NCBI GenBank assembly: GCA_016748015.1
Contig: JAAOMT010000134.1
Coordinates: 130,757-194,756, forward strand
DNA from: Geosiphon pyriformis uo1
Taxonomy: Eukaryota; Fungi; Glomeromycota
Direction of reading: 5' to 3'
DNA length: 64,000 bases
Below are positions 12,982-26,747 of the stretch, piece after piece (the first letter of the stretch is position 1; every line of letters begins with the position of its first letter). The translations under genes and the position numbers were made by a program. The notes beneath the pieces were generated by a model that saw only the letters and a program-made list of their open reading frames with translations, did not search any database and was not told the DNA's origin.

Positions 12982-13617
12982 TTAATATTGAGCTCTGTTG
13001 AAATCTTTATTTTGAATTAATTCCAGCACTTTTTTTTCAAGTATTGTTTGTTTGATTTTGTTTCTCATATCTTCTACTTATGTATTGTTTATTCTTCTTC
13101 ATTGGTTAATGGTTATGGTTTCCATGTCAAAGTATAACAGTATTTCTGGATAGTTCTGAAATATGTTGTGTAGTTAGTACATTGTTTTAACATGTAGTGT
13201 TAAATTTGTTTTCTTTTCAATAAATTCTTTAATTTGCTGTATTATGTCTTAGTTGAATATTCTTTTAGATTTGTTGATATATAACTCCTGAATATTCAAC
13301 TTTTGACCTAACTGGTAGTAGTAATATGATATTGGAAATTGTTTTGTCTATTGCTTCCAATTTTTTTTTGTAAGCTCTTCTGTTGGTGCCATAATAAGTA
13401 TTTTCCCAAAAGTGTTCTTTACTTTTTCTATTAAGTTATCTGTTCAATTTTTATTATTTTTTGGTGGCCACTAATATGGTGTATTCTTTGTTTTTCTTTG
13501 GATGTTTCAATAGCAAATTATTTGGTTATTAATAATAATTTCCATGTCTAACTGTTGTTAACTTAAGGCCTGGAACAATTGTTGGACTATAGTATGAATA
13601 TGATCTGGTATTTCCAT
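12982..13617 (-). pseudogene. ORF3 variant a, element E
   Basis: MEIPDHIHTIVQQLFQALSQQ ... DFNRAQY*; matches 763-1398. Confidence 0.75.
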
Positions 13618-13677
13618 TTTTCTTGGTTGTTTTCATTGCATGTACTGTGTCTTTATATACTTTTTGGTTGTTTAATT

Positions 13678-14172
13678 TAATGTGTTTGGTTCAATAACTA
13701 TGATTGGTTTCAGATTTTGTGGAATCTCATCTGGTTGAACTAGTATTTTTTGTACTCTCAGTTATGGAATGTTATTGGTAGATGATAATACTATCTGGTG
13801 ATATGGTTTCAGTCAATCATCATGTGCTGCTTTGGCTAAAATTTTGTTGTTCCATCTTAATTTATAAGCTCCATTTTCTAGAATTTCTTCTATGTAAAAT
13901 GGTTCATCCCATTTGGGGTCAAATTTTCTACTCCATTGTTTTTCTGCTTTGGTATGATGTAATAGTACTTTGTCTTCAATCTTGAATTCAACTGGTTTAT
14001 TTGGTAGTTGGTTATTGTGTCATTCTTTTTGTTTTTCTTGTAACTTTTGGATGTTATTAGCTGCTTTTCATTGTCTGTTTTCTAGTGTTTTTATTAAGTT
14101 ATATGTTCTTCTCAACAGTGTTTCATGAAAATTATCTTCTGTTATTGGTTCAGTTGGATATGTATTGACCTC
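13678..14172 (-). pseudogene. Integrase 3' part (element E)
   Basis: GPY/F region and ...EIPQNLKPIIVI tail. Confidence 0.85.
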
Positions 14173-15164
14173 TGTTACTGGAGGTTTTTGGTCTCTTTTC
14201 TTAAATGTTGTTGATGCCTGTTTGTTGTGAATTCACGTTTTCTGGATGTGATTGAACCTCTAATAACTGAATTTATCTTCAAATTATCTCCTATAATTTG
14301 AACTGCTGGGCTTATAAGTGGAATGGCCAATTCCTTGCCAGTTATTTTATGTAGTTACATTGTAGTAAACATCAACTCTTTCCCAAGAATTGCTTGTCTG
14401 GAAGCTTACTAAAATGTGTAGTTACTTTGCTGTGAAAGTCAACTCTTCTACAGGAATCTCATTTGTAGGCTACCTTAATGATTGTAATAAGAAAAGAAAA
14501 GAAAAATAAAAGAAATGTAAAAGAAATAGGATTTTATCAAGGGAAACGTTTTCTATTCAGGCCTGGAGTCACTAACAGTTTACTGAAATTGGTAGCTAAT
14601 CAATTTCGAAATGTTAGTTGGGTTTTGGGGATTTTTCAAGTACAATAATTAAATAATTTGGTTTTTTGAATTATTTGATATTTATTTCTTTTTGTGTGTA
14701 TAGGAATGGTTTTAAGAGATAAATCTAAAGTAAAATACATTTTCCAGAAGAGAAAAGCTCTTCTTTTATACAACTTGTTGTAGTACTAGTCTATAAACTT
14801 GCACTTTTTCTCTTTGCTCAAATTTCGGCAAAACTAAAGATACATTTTGATGAACTACAAGTTATTTTGCTGAACTATTGATTAATTTGGGTGAACTATT
14901 CATAATTTCGGCGAATTTCTTATAAATTTTGGCGAATTTCTGTAAATTTTGGCAAATTTTTGAATATTACAAAGTTCAGAGTATTGTGTAATTTGATCAT
15001 CCTACTTTCTCTTATATTAATTAAATTATTTTAATTGAATCGTGATATGTGATAATTGATTAAATAATAAATGATAATTTGAAATGATATTAATATATTA
15101 ATAAATTATAGGAATTATAAGGGTAATTTCATGCTAATTAATAGCTAAAATTCTACTGGTAACA
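14173..15164 (-). repeat. 3' LTR of F (992 bp)
   Basis: Direct repeat of 23078-24048. Confidence 0.95.
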
Positions 15165-15852
15165 TAATCTGCTCTTCAAGACTGAGCTCTGTCGAAGTCC
15201 AAGCACTATCTGTAATATTGAGATAGTGATCTAAAATAATTGAAGTAATCTGGTCTGAAAATTGTTGAAATTTCAGTTCTGTAAGTTTGCCAATGTATTG
15301 GACTTTCATTGGTTGCAGTATTGGATTTTGTAGAACATTTTCACAAGTATTAAACAAGTCATAGAGTCTAAGAGCTGCTCTAAGTTTGTAGCAAGTGTTT
15401 GTTGGTCCAGCTGCTATTTTGAATTCATTGTGGATTTGTTTTTGTATAACTTTAGGAGTGAGATTTGTTGCTTCAAGTTCCAGTTTTCATTCATAAAGTG
15501 TTTTTCCAATTTGAAAGTATTTATAAATAGGGGTGTGTTCATTGTTCTGTTTATTAAGAAGTAGTAGAAGTTTTTGTTGCATTGTAGCATTTGGTGGAAT
15601 GTCCATAGGGGCAATTAAAAGATTTTCTTCTAGTGCCTGTTTCAAAAGTCTTGGTAATCTATTCTCAGAGTAACTTCTTGTTTTTCTTTTATAGGGGTGA
15701 TAGTTCTGTAAATGATTTGCTACTAAGGCTGTGATTTCTTTCTGAATGTAATTAATTTGACTTCCATTAATCATTATAGATAAGTCAGGAAGTGTTTTCA
15801 AGGCTAACATTAATTTTTGGGATATTTGTTGAATATTTCGGGGAATAATCAT
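15145..15852 (-). pseudogene. ORF3 variant c, element F (interrupted)
   Basis: Track ORFs 15487-15852 and 15145-15357 match the open ORF 48327-49034; the stop lies inside the LTR. Confidence 0.8.
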
Positions 15853-15994
15853 GATAAAATTGACTAATTATGAAAAGAGAAAATAAAGAAAATTATTTTT
15901 GGATATGGGGTTTTTATTTGTTTTTGGGTCTGGGTGTTTTGTAATTATTTACTATTTTTGTCTTTGTGTTTTTATTAGAAAATTATTGTAAAAT

Positions 15995-17381
15995 TTAAGT
16001 GTTTAAGTTTGGTTGTTGTTCTATTATAATTATTGGTTCTAAATTTCAGAGAATATCTTTAGGATTAATTAAAGGGAAATGTGTACCAATTTGTAGAATT
16101 AATGGTTCAGGATTGTTTCTAGAATGATAATGTTTCAATCTGTCTCCATGTGCAACTTTTGCTAATATTTTGTCATCAAGTCTTAACTTATATGATCCAT
16201 TGCCTAGAATTTCGTGAATATAAAATGGTCCATCCCATTTGTTTTCAAATTTCTCACTCCATTGTTTTTCAGCCTTAGTTCTGTGTAAGAAAACTTTATT
16301 TCCAACTTTAAATTTGTTGGTAATAGGTGGTAATTTGTTGTTATGTCTTTCTTTTTGTTGATCTTGGGAATGTTCAATATGAGTTGCTACTATTCTTCTT
16401 TTTCCTTTCAGTATACTAAGAAGAGTGTAGGCTTTTCTTTGGAGTGTTTCTTGAAAGTTTTCTTCATTGATTGGTTGCACTGGGTATGTTTTCACTGTGA
16501 AATTAATTGGTAATGTTACTGTCCTTCCATAAGTAAGATCAAATGGTGTGTGTTTTGTAGTATCTTGTTTTAGTGTTCTGTATGCTAGTAACACTGATGG
16601 AATAAAAATATCTCATTCCTGCTCAAAGTCTGTTGAGACTTTGGCTAGAGATTTACACAATGTTCTGTTGAAATGTTCTACAAGTTCATTTGTTTGAGAG
16701 TGATAAGATGATGATAGAGGTCTTTTGACATTGAACCGTTCACAAATTTCTTGTATCAAGTTGTTCACAAAATGTGTTCCTTGATCAGATAAAAGTTCAA
16801 TTGGGCATTCATGTCTACAGATAATGTCTTCATAGATGAAATTTGCTACTGATTTTGCATTTGTTTTTTGGATGGCTCTAGTTTCAGGCCATTTGGTAAG
16901 ATAATCCACTACAACTGCAATATAACGATTTCCTTGGGTTGTGATAGGTAATGGTCCAACTAAATTAATTCCAACTCTGTTAAAAAGTTGTCCAACTTTG
17001 ATTGGATTTAAAGGTTTTGTGGGGCAAGTTTCTCCTTTTCTTTGACAATTATCACAAGATTCTACATATTGTCAAATGTCTTTTTTGCATGTGAAGCCAA
17101 AAATAATGTTCAAGAGTTCTTTGAATTATTTCCTCTTTTCCCAAGTGTGCTGAAGACGGATCTGTGTGCATGTTGTATAAAATTGTTTTTTTTTCATTCT
17201 CTTGTACTAATCTAAGTAGCTGGTTTGGTTTTCTGTGATTTTTATAATAGATTTTGTTCTGGTGTATGAAATATTGTTTTGATTGGTGTTGTAAGTGGTG
17301 TTTTTCACTTGGAAACCAGTTTTCTGGCATGGTAAGAGTCTCCAAATAATTTTTAAGATTGCTGTAGTTTCTGGGATCCAT
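15995..17381 (-). pseudogene. Integrase (element F), separate ORF
   Basis: MDPRNYSNLKNYL start, H..H zinc region, DYLTKWPE, SDQGTHF, KWDGPF; no chromodomain. Confidence 0.92.
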
Positions 17382-17438
17382 TCTTGTTTGGTTATTTTGT
17401 TGGTAAGTTGGTAAGTTGTGGTGGAATTGTTGTTGGTA

Positions 17439-20400
17439 TTAATCTTGTCTCATTCTTAAAAGGCTATCAACATTGGTATGTAGTTTTCCTGGTTTGTGGT
17501 GTACAATATATCTGTAGTCTGCTAGGAAGTTATTCCATCGAGACTGTTTGGCACTTTGTTCAGTTTTCTTTTTATTGAGCCATTTGAGGCCAATGTTGTC
17601 TATTATTATGTCAAATTCTTTTCCATTCTTCAGATATTGTTGAAAATGTTTAAGAACCCAAATAACTGCAGCAGCTTCTAATTCAGTTGAGCCATATTTG
17701 AGTTCTGTTGGCTTGAGTGTTCTGCTGGCATAGGCAATAACTTGTTCTTGGCCATTTTCATTCAATTGTGATAAGATAGCACCAAATGCTATGTGTGAGG
17801 CATCAGTGGCTAATTGGAATTGTTTGTTGAAGTCTGGGTAAGCAAGAACTGGAGCTGTTGTCAATTTTGTTTTGAGAATTTCAAAAGCTTTTTGTTGTTC
17901 TTCAGTCCATTTGTATGATACGTTTTTGTTGGTAAGATAATTGAGTGGTTTGGCAATTTCTGAGAATTTTTTTATGAATTTTCAATAGTAAGAGGCTAAT
18001 CCCACAAATTTTCTTAGTTCTGTAGTATTTCTGGGGGTTTGAAAGTTTTTGACAGCACTGATTGTTCCTGGATTTGGTTTGATTTCATTTTTACTAACTA
18101 TGTGTCCAAGAAAGATCAAGCTTGTTTTCCCAAAGTGACATTTCTCAATATTTAACTTTAATCCTGCTTTCCATAATTGTTGAAAAACTTTTTGCAGGTG
18201 AGTATACATTAGTATCATCAAGATAAACAACTACTAATTGCCACAAGAGCTCTTTATAGACAACATCCATGAGTCGCTAAAATGTTGCTGGTGCATTGCA
18301 GAGTTCAAAAGGCATAACATTAAACTCATAATTTTCTCCTTGAATGGTAAATGCTGTTTTGGGTCTATCTTTTGGGTCCATTTTGACTTGTCAGTATCCA
18401 CTTTCTAGGTCTAATTTGAAAAAAACTTGGCTTTTCCTAGAGCATCTAGCATGTCATCAATTCTTGGAAGAGGGTAGGCATCTCCAATTGTAACACTATT
18501 CAGTTGTCTATAATCAACACAGAATCTGATTTTTCCATTTTTCTTTTTAACTAAAACTACTGGTGAGGCCCAAGGACTTTTTGATGGTTGAATCAATCCA
18601 TTATTGAGCATTCTTTGGACCTCTTTTCTAATAAATTGGTGACTGGCAGATGGCACTCAATAAGCTTGTTGATATTTTGGTAGAGCATCTCCTGTATGGA
18701 TCTGATGTTAAACAATGTCTGTTTTTCCCAAGTCATTGTTGTCTTTTGCAAATATATCTGCAAATTCAGCTATCAATTGTTTCAATTGTCTTTGTTGTTG
18801 AGATTCTAAGGGACTCATATTGATTCGAGAGAGTTTTTCTTCCAACAAGTGGTAGTTTTCAGTAGTGGGAATGATATTTGGATTTGGGAGTAGAGTGTGC
18901 TTTACAATTTCGATGAAATTAGAGACAATTTGAGGGTTTTCATCTTAAAAGATATTGCTGTGTATGATTCCAATTTCTAATTTGTTTAATAAAACAATAG
19001 GGTAATTATTGGGGTTGTAGAATATAACTCAAAATTTTTTCATTCCTTTGGGAATATAAACGTTTGGAATTGATATTTCATGCTTCAAACAGATTTGTTC
19101 ATTGGATTTAAAGATTTGTTGTGTAGTGGTGGGTTTTGAGCAAGTGTAAATTTCGTGATGTTCTCCAAAAGGTGAAATGGTAATTGGCTGAGGAAGTTAA
19201 AGAATCTGGTGAGATTCATTTTGTGTATTAAGAACTATGTTTACTAGAACTGTAAATCATCCAGTTGAACCAAAACTTTGAGTTTCTCTTTCACTTTTTC
19301 CCAATTGTTCTCTGTTGTTTACTGATTGTAAACCTGAAATGTTGATTAAGGGTAAGTAAATTGCTTGAGCAATTTTTTCAGCATGTTCAATTTTGAATGG
19401 TTTGTCTGTCTCATTCTGTAACATGATGGTAATGTCTCCAGTGTATCCTGCATCTATAACTCCTTCTCTAATATTGATTCCTTTGCTTGCCAATGATGAT
19501 CTGAAGACAATTTGAACTATTGCTCCTGGTGAAATTTTAAGAGCAATTTTGAGATTGATTTTTGTCAAGGACTTTGGTTGGTGAATCAAAGTATCTTTTC
19601 CTGGGTATTTTAGGTCATATTCAGCATTAATTTCGTGTGCTTTTTCTGGTCTAATTCCTTGGCCATGGTTGTCAAAATATTTAAGTTGTAGAGGTGGTTG
19701 CTTTTCAAGAAGATAGATGGGAGTGATTGGTAGTTCTTTTACTAGTTCAGATACTCCAAATTCGATTTCATTTTCATCATTCTCATCTGGCAGAGGAATG
19801 CTAAGAGCATAACATTCTAAACACCATTGGTCATCACAAGGCATAACACATTCTTCACACAATTGAATGTTTATTTGCTCTAATCATTGAATTTGAGCTT
19901 CTTTGGTTGGATATGTGTGGCTTGCAATTTGGTGGTAGGTTTCTACTTTATCTTCATAATTAAATCCAGTTAATTCCATGATATACTCAATATATTCAGC
20001 TTTTTTTATTTGGCAGACATCTTCTTGGGTGGCTTCATTAATCAATGCCATTGTTAGATCAAAAATCATTTCAGCATCATGAGGGTAGTGGTAAAGTTTA
20101 TTGAGAGCACTGTTGTATGCTGCATCAAATGGTGTTCCTCATCTGACTTTTTCCGAAATTGATAGAGCATATTGACAGGTTTGATCACATACTCCTCCTT
20201 TCATTGCTACATCAATCCAATTGCATTCTTCTGGTAGTGTTTCTCCACATGTAAGGCAAGGTGTGTTGTTCCATTTTCCACTTCTTTTTGGAGATCCAAA
20301 TCGTTCTTTATAACATGCTTTACAAAAGTAACAGGTACGAGTTTCATATTCCTCTTCTGGAAAAATACATGCTCCCATTGATGAAAGTTTTTTGTTGCAA

Positions 20401-23032
20401 TCTTTGCATTTGAGTGGAATATAGGGTGGTTGTTTCTGTGATTCTGGTGCAAAATATCTAACTTTCTTTCATCCCCTTGATTCTTCAAAAATCTCTTGTT
20501 CGGTTTCTTTAGCCTAATTGAATGTTGATCCAAGAGCTATGTAGGTTTCAGTAAGTGGCATTTCTTTCTCTTCTTCAAATTCAAATACTGGAGCTTTTTC
20601 TGATCATTTGTTAAAGGTACCACAGGTTGCAGGTACTATGGTATATTGTCCTTGATATGAGATTTTAAGTTCTTGAGTTTCCCAGTTCAGGTTTGCATTG
20701 GCCTTGAGAAGCCAATTATTTCTGACTAGAGCTTGGTATTGGGGTGCATCCATAATAAGAACTTTAACTGGAATGGTGATTCCATCAATTGAAAAAGAGA
20801 AATTATCAATTTCTCCTACTGAAGTCTTCTTCATACTATTAGCTATGACAATAACTGTTTGAGCTGGTCTGTCTACGTTTTATTTGAGTTGTTGCATCAG
20901 CTGGTAAGTGATGATACTTCCAGTTGATCCACTATCTAAGATTAAGCAAATAGGTTTTCCTTTCACTGTAGCTTCTGTGTAGATAACAGTAATTGCTTTT
21001 TGTTTATTGACTGCTGTATTACTAAGCAGAAATGGTGATTCATTTGCTTCAAATTCAAATGGAAATATATCTGACAGATTAGCATTTTGGGCAATTTGAG
21101 CTGGTGGAATGGTGTGTTTGGAAGGGTTTGATCTTAGCATTGCAACTTCATCTTCAGAAGTGCAATTTGTTGAAAATCCGATTCCTCTGGTATTGTAAGA
21201 TAACTGGGTTGAGTGTGATAGTGATTGGGTCTTTGCTGACTCGAATTTTGGGGAACCAACTGGTTATTTGGATTGATTTTGTTGTGGTTATTCTGCAATT
21301 GATTTTGGGATGTGAATTGGTTATGTTGAACCAATTTTCTTGCTGGTACTTGATATTGTTGAGTGGGTGGTGTCTGATATGGCTGAATTGGTAAAGGTTG
21401 CTGATATTGTTGCTGCATTGATTGTGGAGCTGGTGGATAGTAGTTTTGATTTTGTGGTCTTGGTGAATAATAAGTTGGTGGTGGAGATTGGTAATAGAAT
21501 TGTTGTGGTGAAGAGTAACATTGATTACTCCTGTTTTGTTGGTCTCTTTGTAATTTCCTACAATCTCGTTTCCAGTGTCCTGGAATTCCACAATAATGAC
21601 AATTTTGAGATTGATTGTTGGATGATAATCCAAAATTGTTTTGGTTGTGTTGTTGTGGTAGTTGATATCTTTGTGGTTGTTGCTGTTGTTGTTGTTGGTT
21701 TGTAAAATAGCTTTCAACTTTTTTTGTGAGTTGGTCTATCTTTTCTTTAGCTGCTAAGCTGGTTTCTCCAATTGCAAGGTTTACAAGCTTGGTGTGATTT
21801 GCTTTTTCTATTGCCATTTCATAGCTCTTTGCATGTCTAATAGCAGTTGTTAAGTCTGCTGGAACATGTGGACGGACTTTTTTAATCAGTTTGTCTTTTA
21901 ACCCTGCTATAAACTGATCTAGAATTTGAGCATCAGAATAGTAGTCATTGGTTTCCAATTGTCAGATTTGTCTGAGAAGTTTGTTAAATCTTCCAAGATA
22001 GGTCATAACAGATTCAGATGTTTCTTGTTTGATATTGTGAAAGTGGTTTCTGAGAGTGATAGAGGTATTGTTGTCAGTGAATTGTTGTAGAAAAGCATCT
22101 TTGAATGCTTGTCAGTTTTCAAATGGTTCTTCTAAATTTTCAAACCATTCTTCTGCTGTTCCTTGGAGAAAGTAGGGAATTGCTTTGAGCATTCTTGCTG
22201 TGATCTAACCATTTGCATCTCCTGCTTTTTGAACTTTGTCAAGCCATTCTTGAGGACTGGTATCATTGTCTTCACCAGTGAATTCTGAGATTTTTGCAAT
22301 GTAAGCAGTTGCCATTTGTTCTTTATTTTCTGTAATTTTTTCTGGTTCTGATTTAGTTTCTTCACTCTTCAAGCTTTCTGAATGATTACTTTCGTTTTCC
22401 TGTAAGTAATCAATGATATTGGCACTTGTTGATATTGGTTCCTGTTGTTGAGTAGAGTTTCTAGGTAACTGAAAGTCTTCTGGTCTGGAGAAGTGGTTGA
22501 GTAGTGAATTTGGTGTTTGTGGTTGAACAAGTGAAATTGGAAATGGTGTAATAGAAAGTGGTAATTTGACACTAGTTCCTTGTTTAGGTGTTTGCAAGTG
22601 TTTGGCAGATGTCTTTTGTAGTGTTGAAGTGTTTGAAGTGGTTCTTGAGTATTGCTTCAATCTTTGTTTGCCTTTGTTGCTGGTTTCTGTCTCTGATTCA
22701 AAGTCAAAAGAGTATTTAGACTGTACTGGGTATTTTTCTTCACAATACTCAATAATGTTAAAATTAAGTTCTTGGAAGTAAGTAGCAAGTGTTTCACTGT
22801 TCAGGTTTTCTGTTCCCAATTGTGAATATTGCACCAAATTATTGTAGAGATTGTTTCTAACTTCTGAAATGTTGTAGTTTCCAAAAAGATAATTGTTGAT
22901 GTGGTTTTTAATGTATTGGTATACTGATTTCTTTACAACTTCAATTCCATCTGGAATGTTGAATCTTTGCTTGCAGTGGGTGTAAATTGACTGGTAATAC
23001 TCTAGAGTTGCTGTGTCTGGTGTGATCGCCAC
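17439..23032 (-). pseudogene. Gag-PR-Cys-rich-dUTPase-RT-RNase H polyprotein (element F)
   Basis: CHYCGIPGHWKRDC knuckle, LILDSGS protease, dUTPase motifs, [24 protein letters not shown]...YASR...ELEA RNase H. Confidence 0.93.
19257..19650 (-). pseudogene. dUTPase domain in the F polyprotein
   Basis: AEYDL (motif 1), RSSLASKG (2), GVIDAGYTGDI (3), EKIAQ (4), RETQSFGSTG (5). Confidence 0.9.
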
Positions 23033-23059
23033 TTTGAATTTGTTGTTGCTGTGTTATTT

Positions 23060-23077
23060 CCATGGGAGAGCACCAAA
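23060..23077 (-). promoter_or_regulatory. Primer-binding site of F
   Basis: tt-TGGTGCTCTCCCATGG directly after the 5' LTR. Confidence 0.8.
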
Positions 23078-24048
23078 TGTTACTAGAGATTTTTGGTCTC
23101 TTTTCTTAAATGTTGTTGATGCCTGTTTGTTGTGAATTCACGTTTTCTGGATGTGGTTGAACCTCCAATAACTGAATTTATCTTCAAATTATCTCCTATA
23201 ATTTGAACTGCTGGGCTTATAAGTGGAATGGCCAATTCTTTGCCAGTTACTTTATGTAGTTATGTTGTAGTAAATGTTAACTCTTTCCCAGGAATTGCTT
23301 GTCTGAAAGCTTACTAAAATGTGTAGTTACTTTGCTGTGAAAGTCAACTCTTCTACAGGAATCTTGTCTGTAGGCTACCTTAATGATTGTAATAAAAAAA
23401 GAAAAGAAAAATAAAAGAAATGTAAAAGAAATAGGATTTTATCAAGGGAAACGTTTTCTATCCAGGCCTGGAGTCACTAACAGTTTACTGAAATTGGTAG
23501 CTAATTAATTTCGAAATGTTAGTTGGGTTTTGGGGATTTTTCAAGTACAATAATTAAAGAATTTGGTTTTTTGAATTATTTGATATTTATTTCTTTTTGT
23601 GTGTATAGGAATGGTTTTAAGAGATAAATCTAAAGTAAGATATATTTTCCAGAAAAGAAAAGCTCTTCTTTTATACAACTTGTTGTAGTACTAGTCTATA
23701 AACTTGCACTTTTTCTCTTTGCTCAAATTTCGGCAAAACTAAAGATACATTTTGATGAACTACAAGTTATTTTGCTAAACTATTGATTAATTTGGGTGAA
23801 CTATTCATAATTTCGGCGAATTTCTGTAAATTTCGGCGAATTTTTGAATGTTACAAAGTTCAGGGTATTGTGTAATTTGATCATCCTACTTTCTGTTATA
23901 CTAATTAGATTATTTTAATTGAATCGTGATATGTGATAATTGATTAAATAATAAATGATAATTTGAAATGATATTAATATATTAATGAATTGTAGGAATT
24001 ATAAGGATAATTTCATGCTAATTAATAGCTAAAATTCTACTGGTAACA
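23078..24048 (-). repeat. 5' LTR of F (971 bp)
   Basis: Direct repeat of 14173-15164 lacking one 21-bp U3 unit. Confidence 0.95.
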
Positions 24049-24934
24049 CCTCTATTTCAACTGGTAATGTTGCTGTTCTACTGTATACCAATTCAAATGG
24101 TGTTGCTTGTGTAGTATTTTGCTTCATTGTCCGATAAGCAAATAATACTGATGGTATAAACAAATCCCATTTGTCCTGGTTTTCTTGGCTAATTTTGGCT
24201 ATTGTTTTACACAGTATTCTGTTGAACTTTTTAACTAACCTATTTGTTTGTGGATTGTATGGTGATGATAGTGGTTTTTTTATTCCAAATCTTTGGCTTA
24301 ATTCTGCTAATGTTCTATTTACAAAGTGAGTTCTTTGATCCAATAATAATTTTTTTGGACATCTATGTTAACAGATCAAATCTTGATAAATGAATTCAGC
24401 AATGGATTTTGCATCTGCTCTTTGAATGGCTTTTGCTTCTGGCCATTTAGTGAGATAGTCCATGGCTACTGCAATATATCTGTTGCCTTTGCTGGTAATT
24501 GTTAATGGTCTAACTAAGTCGATTCTAATATAGTCAAATAGTTGTCCCATTTTAATTGGTCTCAATAGTTCACTGGATTTTGTTCCACCTCTTCTTTGAC
24601 AAGCATCACAACTTTAAACATATTAGATAATGTCTGGATATATTGATGGCCAATAATATCTTTTTCTGGTTCTCTCTATGGTTGCTTCTTTATGAAAATG
24701 TCCTGCTATTGGATCTGAGTACATGTTGAATAATATTGTTTCTTTCTCTGGTTCTGTAATTACTCTGGTTGGTTGGTCTGAATTTCTTCTGTTTTTCTAA
24801 TAAAATATATTTTGATGGTTGATAAAGTATTTTGATTGTTGTTTTATGTTCCTTTGCTCTTTTTGAGATAATTTCTCCTTGAACAATTGGGTATTTATAT
24901 AATATTGGAGTTGTTGGTATTTTTGTATATTTAT
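24049..24934 (-). pseudogene. Integrase 5' part (element E)
   Basis: AMDYLTKWPEAKAI, DQRTHF, YNPQTN. Confidence 0.9.
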
Positions 24935-24964
24935 TTTTTGTTATATTTTTGGTTTGAAATGTTT

Positions 24965-25914
24965 TTAGATTTGTCTTATTCTCAACAGACCATTGGCATT
25001 TCTATAGTTTTTTCCCTTTTTATAATATACCATATAATTAAAGTGTGAAAGTTCTATTTTCTATCTGGCATGGCAATCATTTTCAAATTCTTGTTTCTGA
25101 ATTGAAGTCAATCCTTTGTGATCAGTGTATACATTAAACTTCTGACTCAAATATTCTTTCTATTTTATGACTGTCCAATAGATTGCTAAGTGTTTTAATG
25201 CTGGTGTTCTATAGTTTTTTTCCGCTGGACTTAAGCTTCTACTGGCATAAGCTATTGGATGTTCTCTTCCATCTGGTCCTTTCTGTAATAGTACTGCTCC
25301 CAATGCCTGACCTGATGCATTGGTGGTAATAATGAATGGTTTGTTGTAATTTGAATATATCAACACTGGAACTTGAATAAGCTTTCTTCTTAGTGTGTCG
25401 AATGCTTTTTGTTGAGCTTCTGTCCATTTATACTTCACATTCTTAATTTGTAAATGATGGAGTGGCTGGGCCAGTTTAGAAAAGTCTTTGATAAAGCAGC
25501 AATAGTATCCTGTGAATTTTAAAAATGCTCTTAGCTCTGTGAAATTGTTTGGTACTGGAAAGTTTTTAACAGCTTTAATCTTGTCTGGATCTGTTTTGAT
25601 GCTATCTTTACTCACAACATGTCCCAAAAATTTTAGTTTTGTTTTTCCAAAGAAGCATTTGTTGGTATTTAGTTTCAATTCTGCTTGTCTGAGTTTTTCA
25701 AATACTTATTGAAAATAGTACAGATAATCATCGAATGTTTTTAAGAACATATTTGTGTCATCTAAGTAAACAACTACTGATTTCCACAGTAATCCAGTAT
25801 AAACAATTTCCATAAACTGTTGAAATATTGCTGGGGCATTCATTAAGCCAAATGGCATAACTTCAAACTCATAATTTCCCTTTCTTGTAATAAATGCTGT
25901 TTTCTCTTTGTCAG
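24965..25914 (-). pseudogene. RT 3' half and RNase H (element E)
   Basis: KTAFIT, MPFGL, VVYLDD, FLGHVVS, IAYASRSL. Confidence 0.9.
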
Positions 25915-26747
25915 TATTACTTATAGAAATATAAGAAATATAGTAGCATGATTATTAGCCAATCAAAAGTAGACATAGTAAATGTGGAATTACAGAATTC
26001 TCACACAAGGAATTGCAGGATTCCAGAATTGCAGGATTCTTCTCAAAGGAATTGCAAGATTCCAGGAATTCCAAGATTCCTGTCATGAAAAATCGAGAAA
26101 TTAAGAAATCTCAATTATGTATATATAGTAGTAGTGTTAGAAGCTAAAAAGACAGATCTCTCAGTTTAGATTTGATCTAAGCAACCTTCCAGTTCCTAAT
26201 TATCAAATAAATAATTATTTTATATCTCAATCCACTTTCCACTATCAACACTTTATGTTAATAGTAATTAATACTTAACCACACTGAAACAATAGCTCTT
26301 GATCACAGCTATTGACGAGATACTAACTTACCAAATTGCCTTGGCTTATTTTCATCATTGTTATTTTCTTTATTTTATTTTCTTTCTTTCTTTGATTTTG
26401 TTGTGCATACTAATTGATTGAGGATTAAAAGCACTGAATTATTGACATTACGGATAGTCTGGTAAAAGACCCAGAAATAAGAGTGATTTATATATATTAT
26501 CAGTTAGCTTACCAGAAGGACATGACTGCCAGAATAAATCCAGACACCAAGCTAAAAAAGAAATTGGGAAAACAACTGACAACAAATGACGAATTGCTGC
26601 ATTATAGAATCTCTGTCCATTATATAAAAGACTCTATCAAAACCTTCAGATACAACACTTTCAGAATATCATCAACAGAAACAACTTTTGAGCACCAAGT
26701 TACAGGTTTGTTATTTGACTTGAGACTCCAAATATTCAATCATAACA
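25915..26747 (+). repeat. 5' LTR of G
   Basis: tattac...cataaca followed by tttggtgctctttgtaag. Confidence 0.9.

Larger units (their letters stand above)
14173..24048 (-). mobile_element. Element F: full-length family-2 Ty3/Gypsy retrotransposon with 4-bp TSD CCTC
   Basis: LTRs 14173-15164 and 23078-24048 with TGTTAC...GTAACA ends; CCTC at 14169-14172 and 24049-24052; PBS; complete domain set. Confidence 0.95.
12147..25914 (-). mobile_element. Element E: 3' half of a family-1 element (RT part, RNase H, integrase, ORF3a, 3' LTR), split by F and cut by G
   Basis: Integrase PVEIEV|NTYPT rejoins across 24049/14172 once the CCTC duplication is removed. Confidence 0.9.

Noticed and set aside
21104-22781. 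Short alternative-frame and antisense ORFs over gag
   Set aside because: Shadows of Q/N-rich coding sequence with no independent motifs.
26318-26400. TACTAAC plus pyrimidine tract as an intron branch point in the LTR
   Set aside because: TACTAAC is absent in element C and no conserved nearby AG or donor was found.
26425-26490. Possible twister or hammerhead ribozyme in the LTR (ctga..., ctgg-taaaagac-ccag, gaaa)
   Set aside because: No CUGANGA core or twister pseudoknot pairings are conserved between copies. An Infernal search would settle it.
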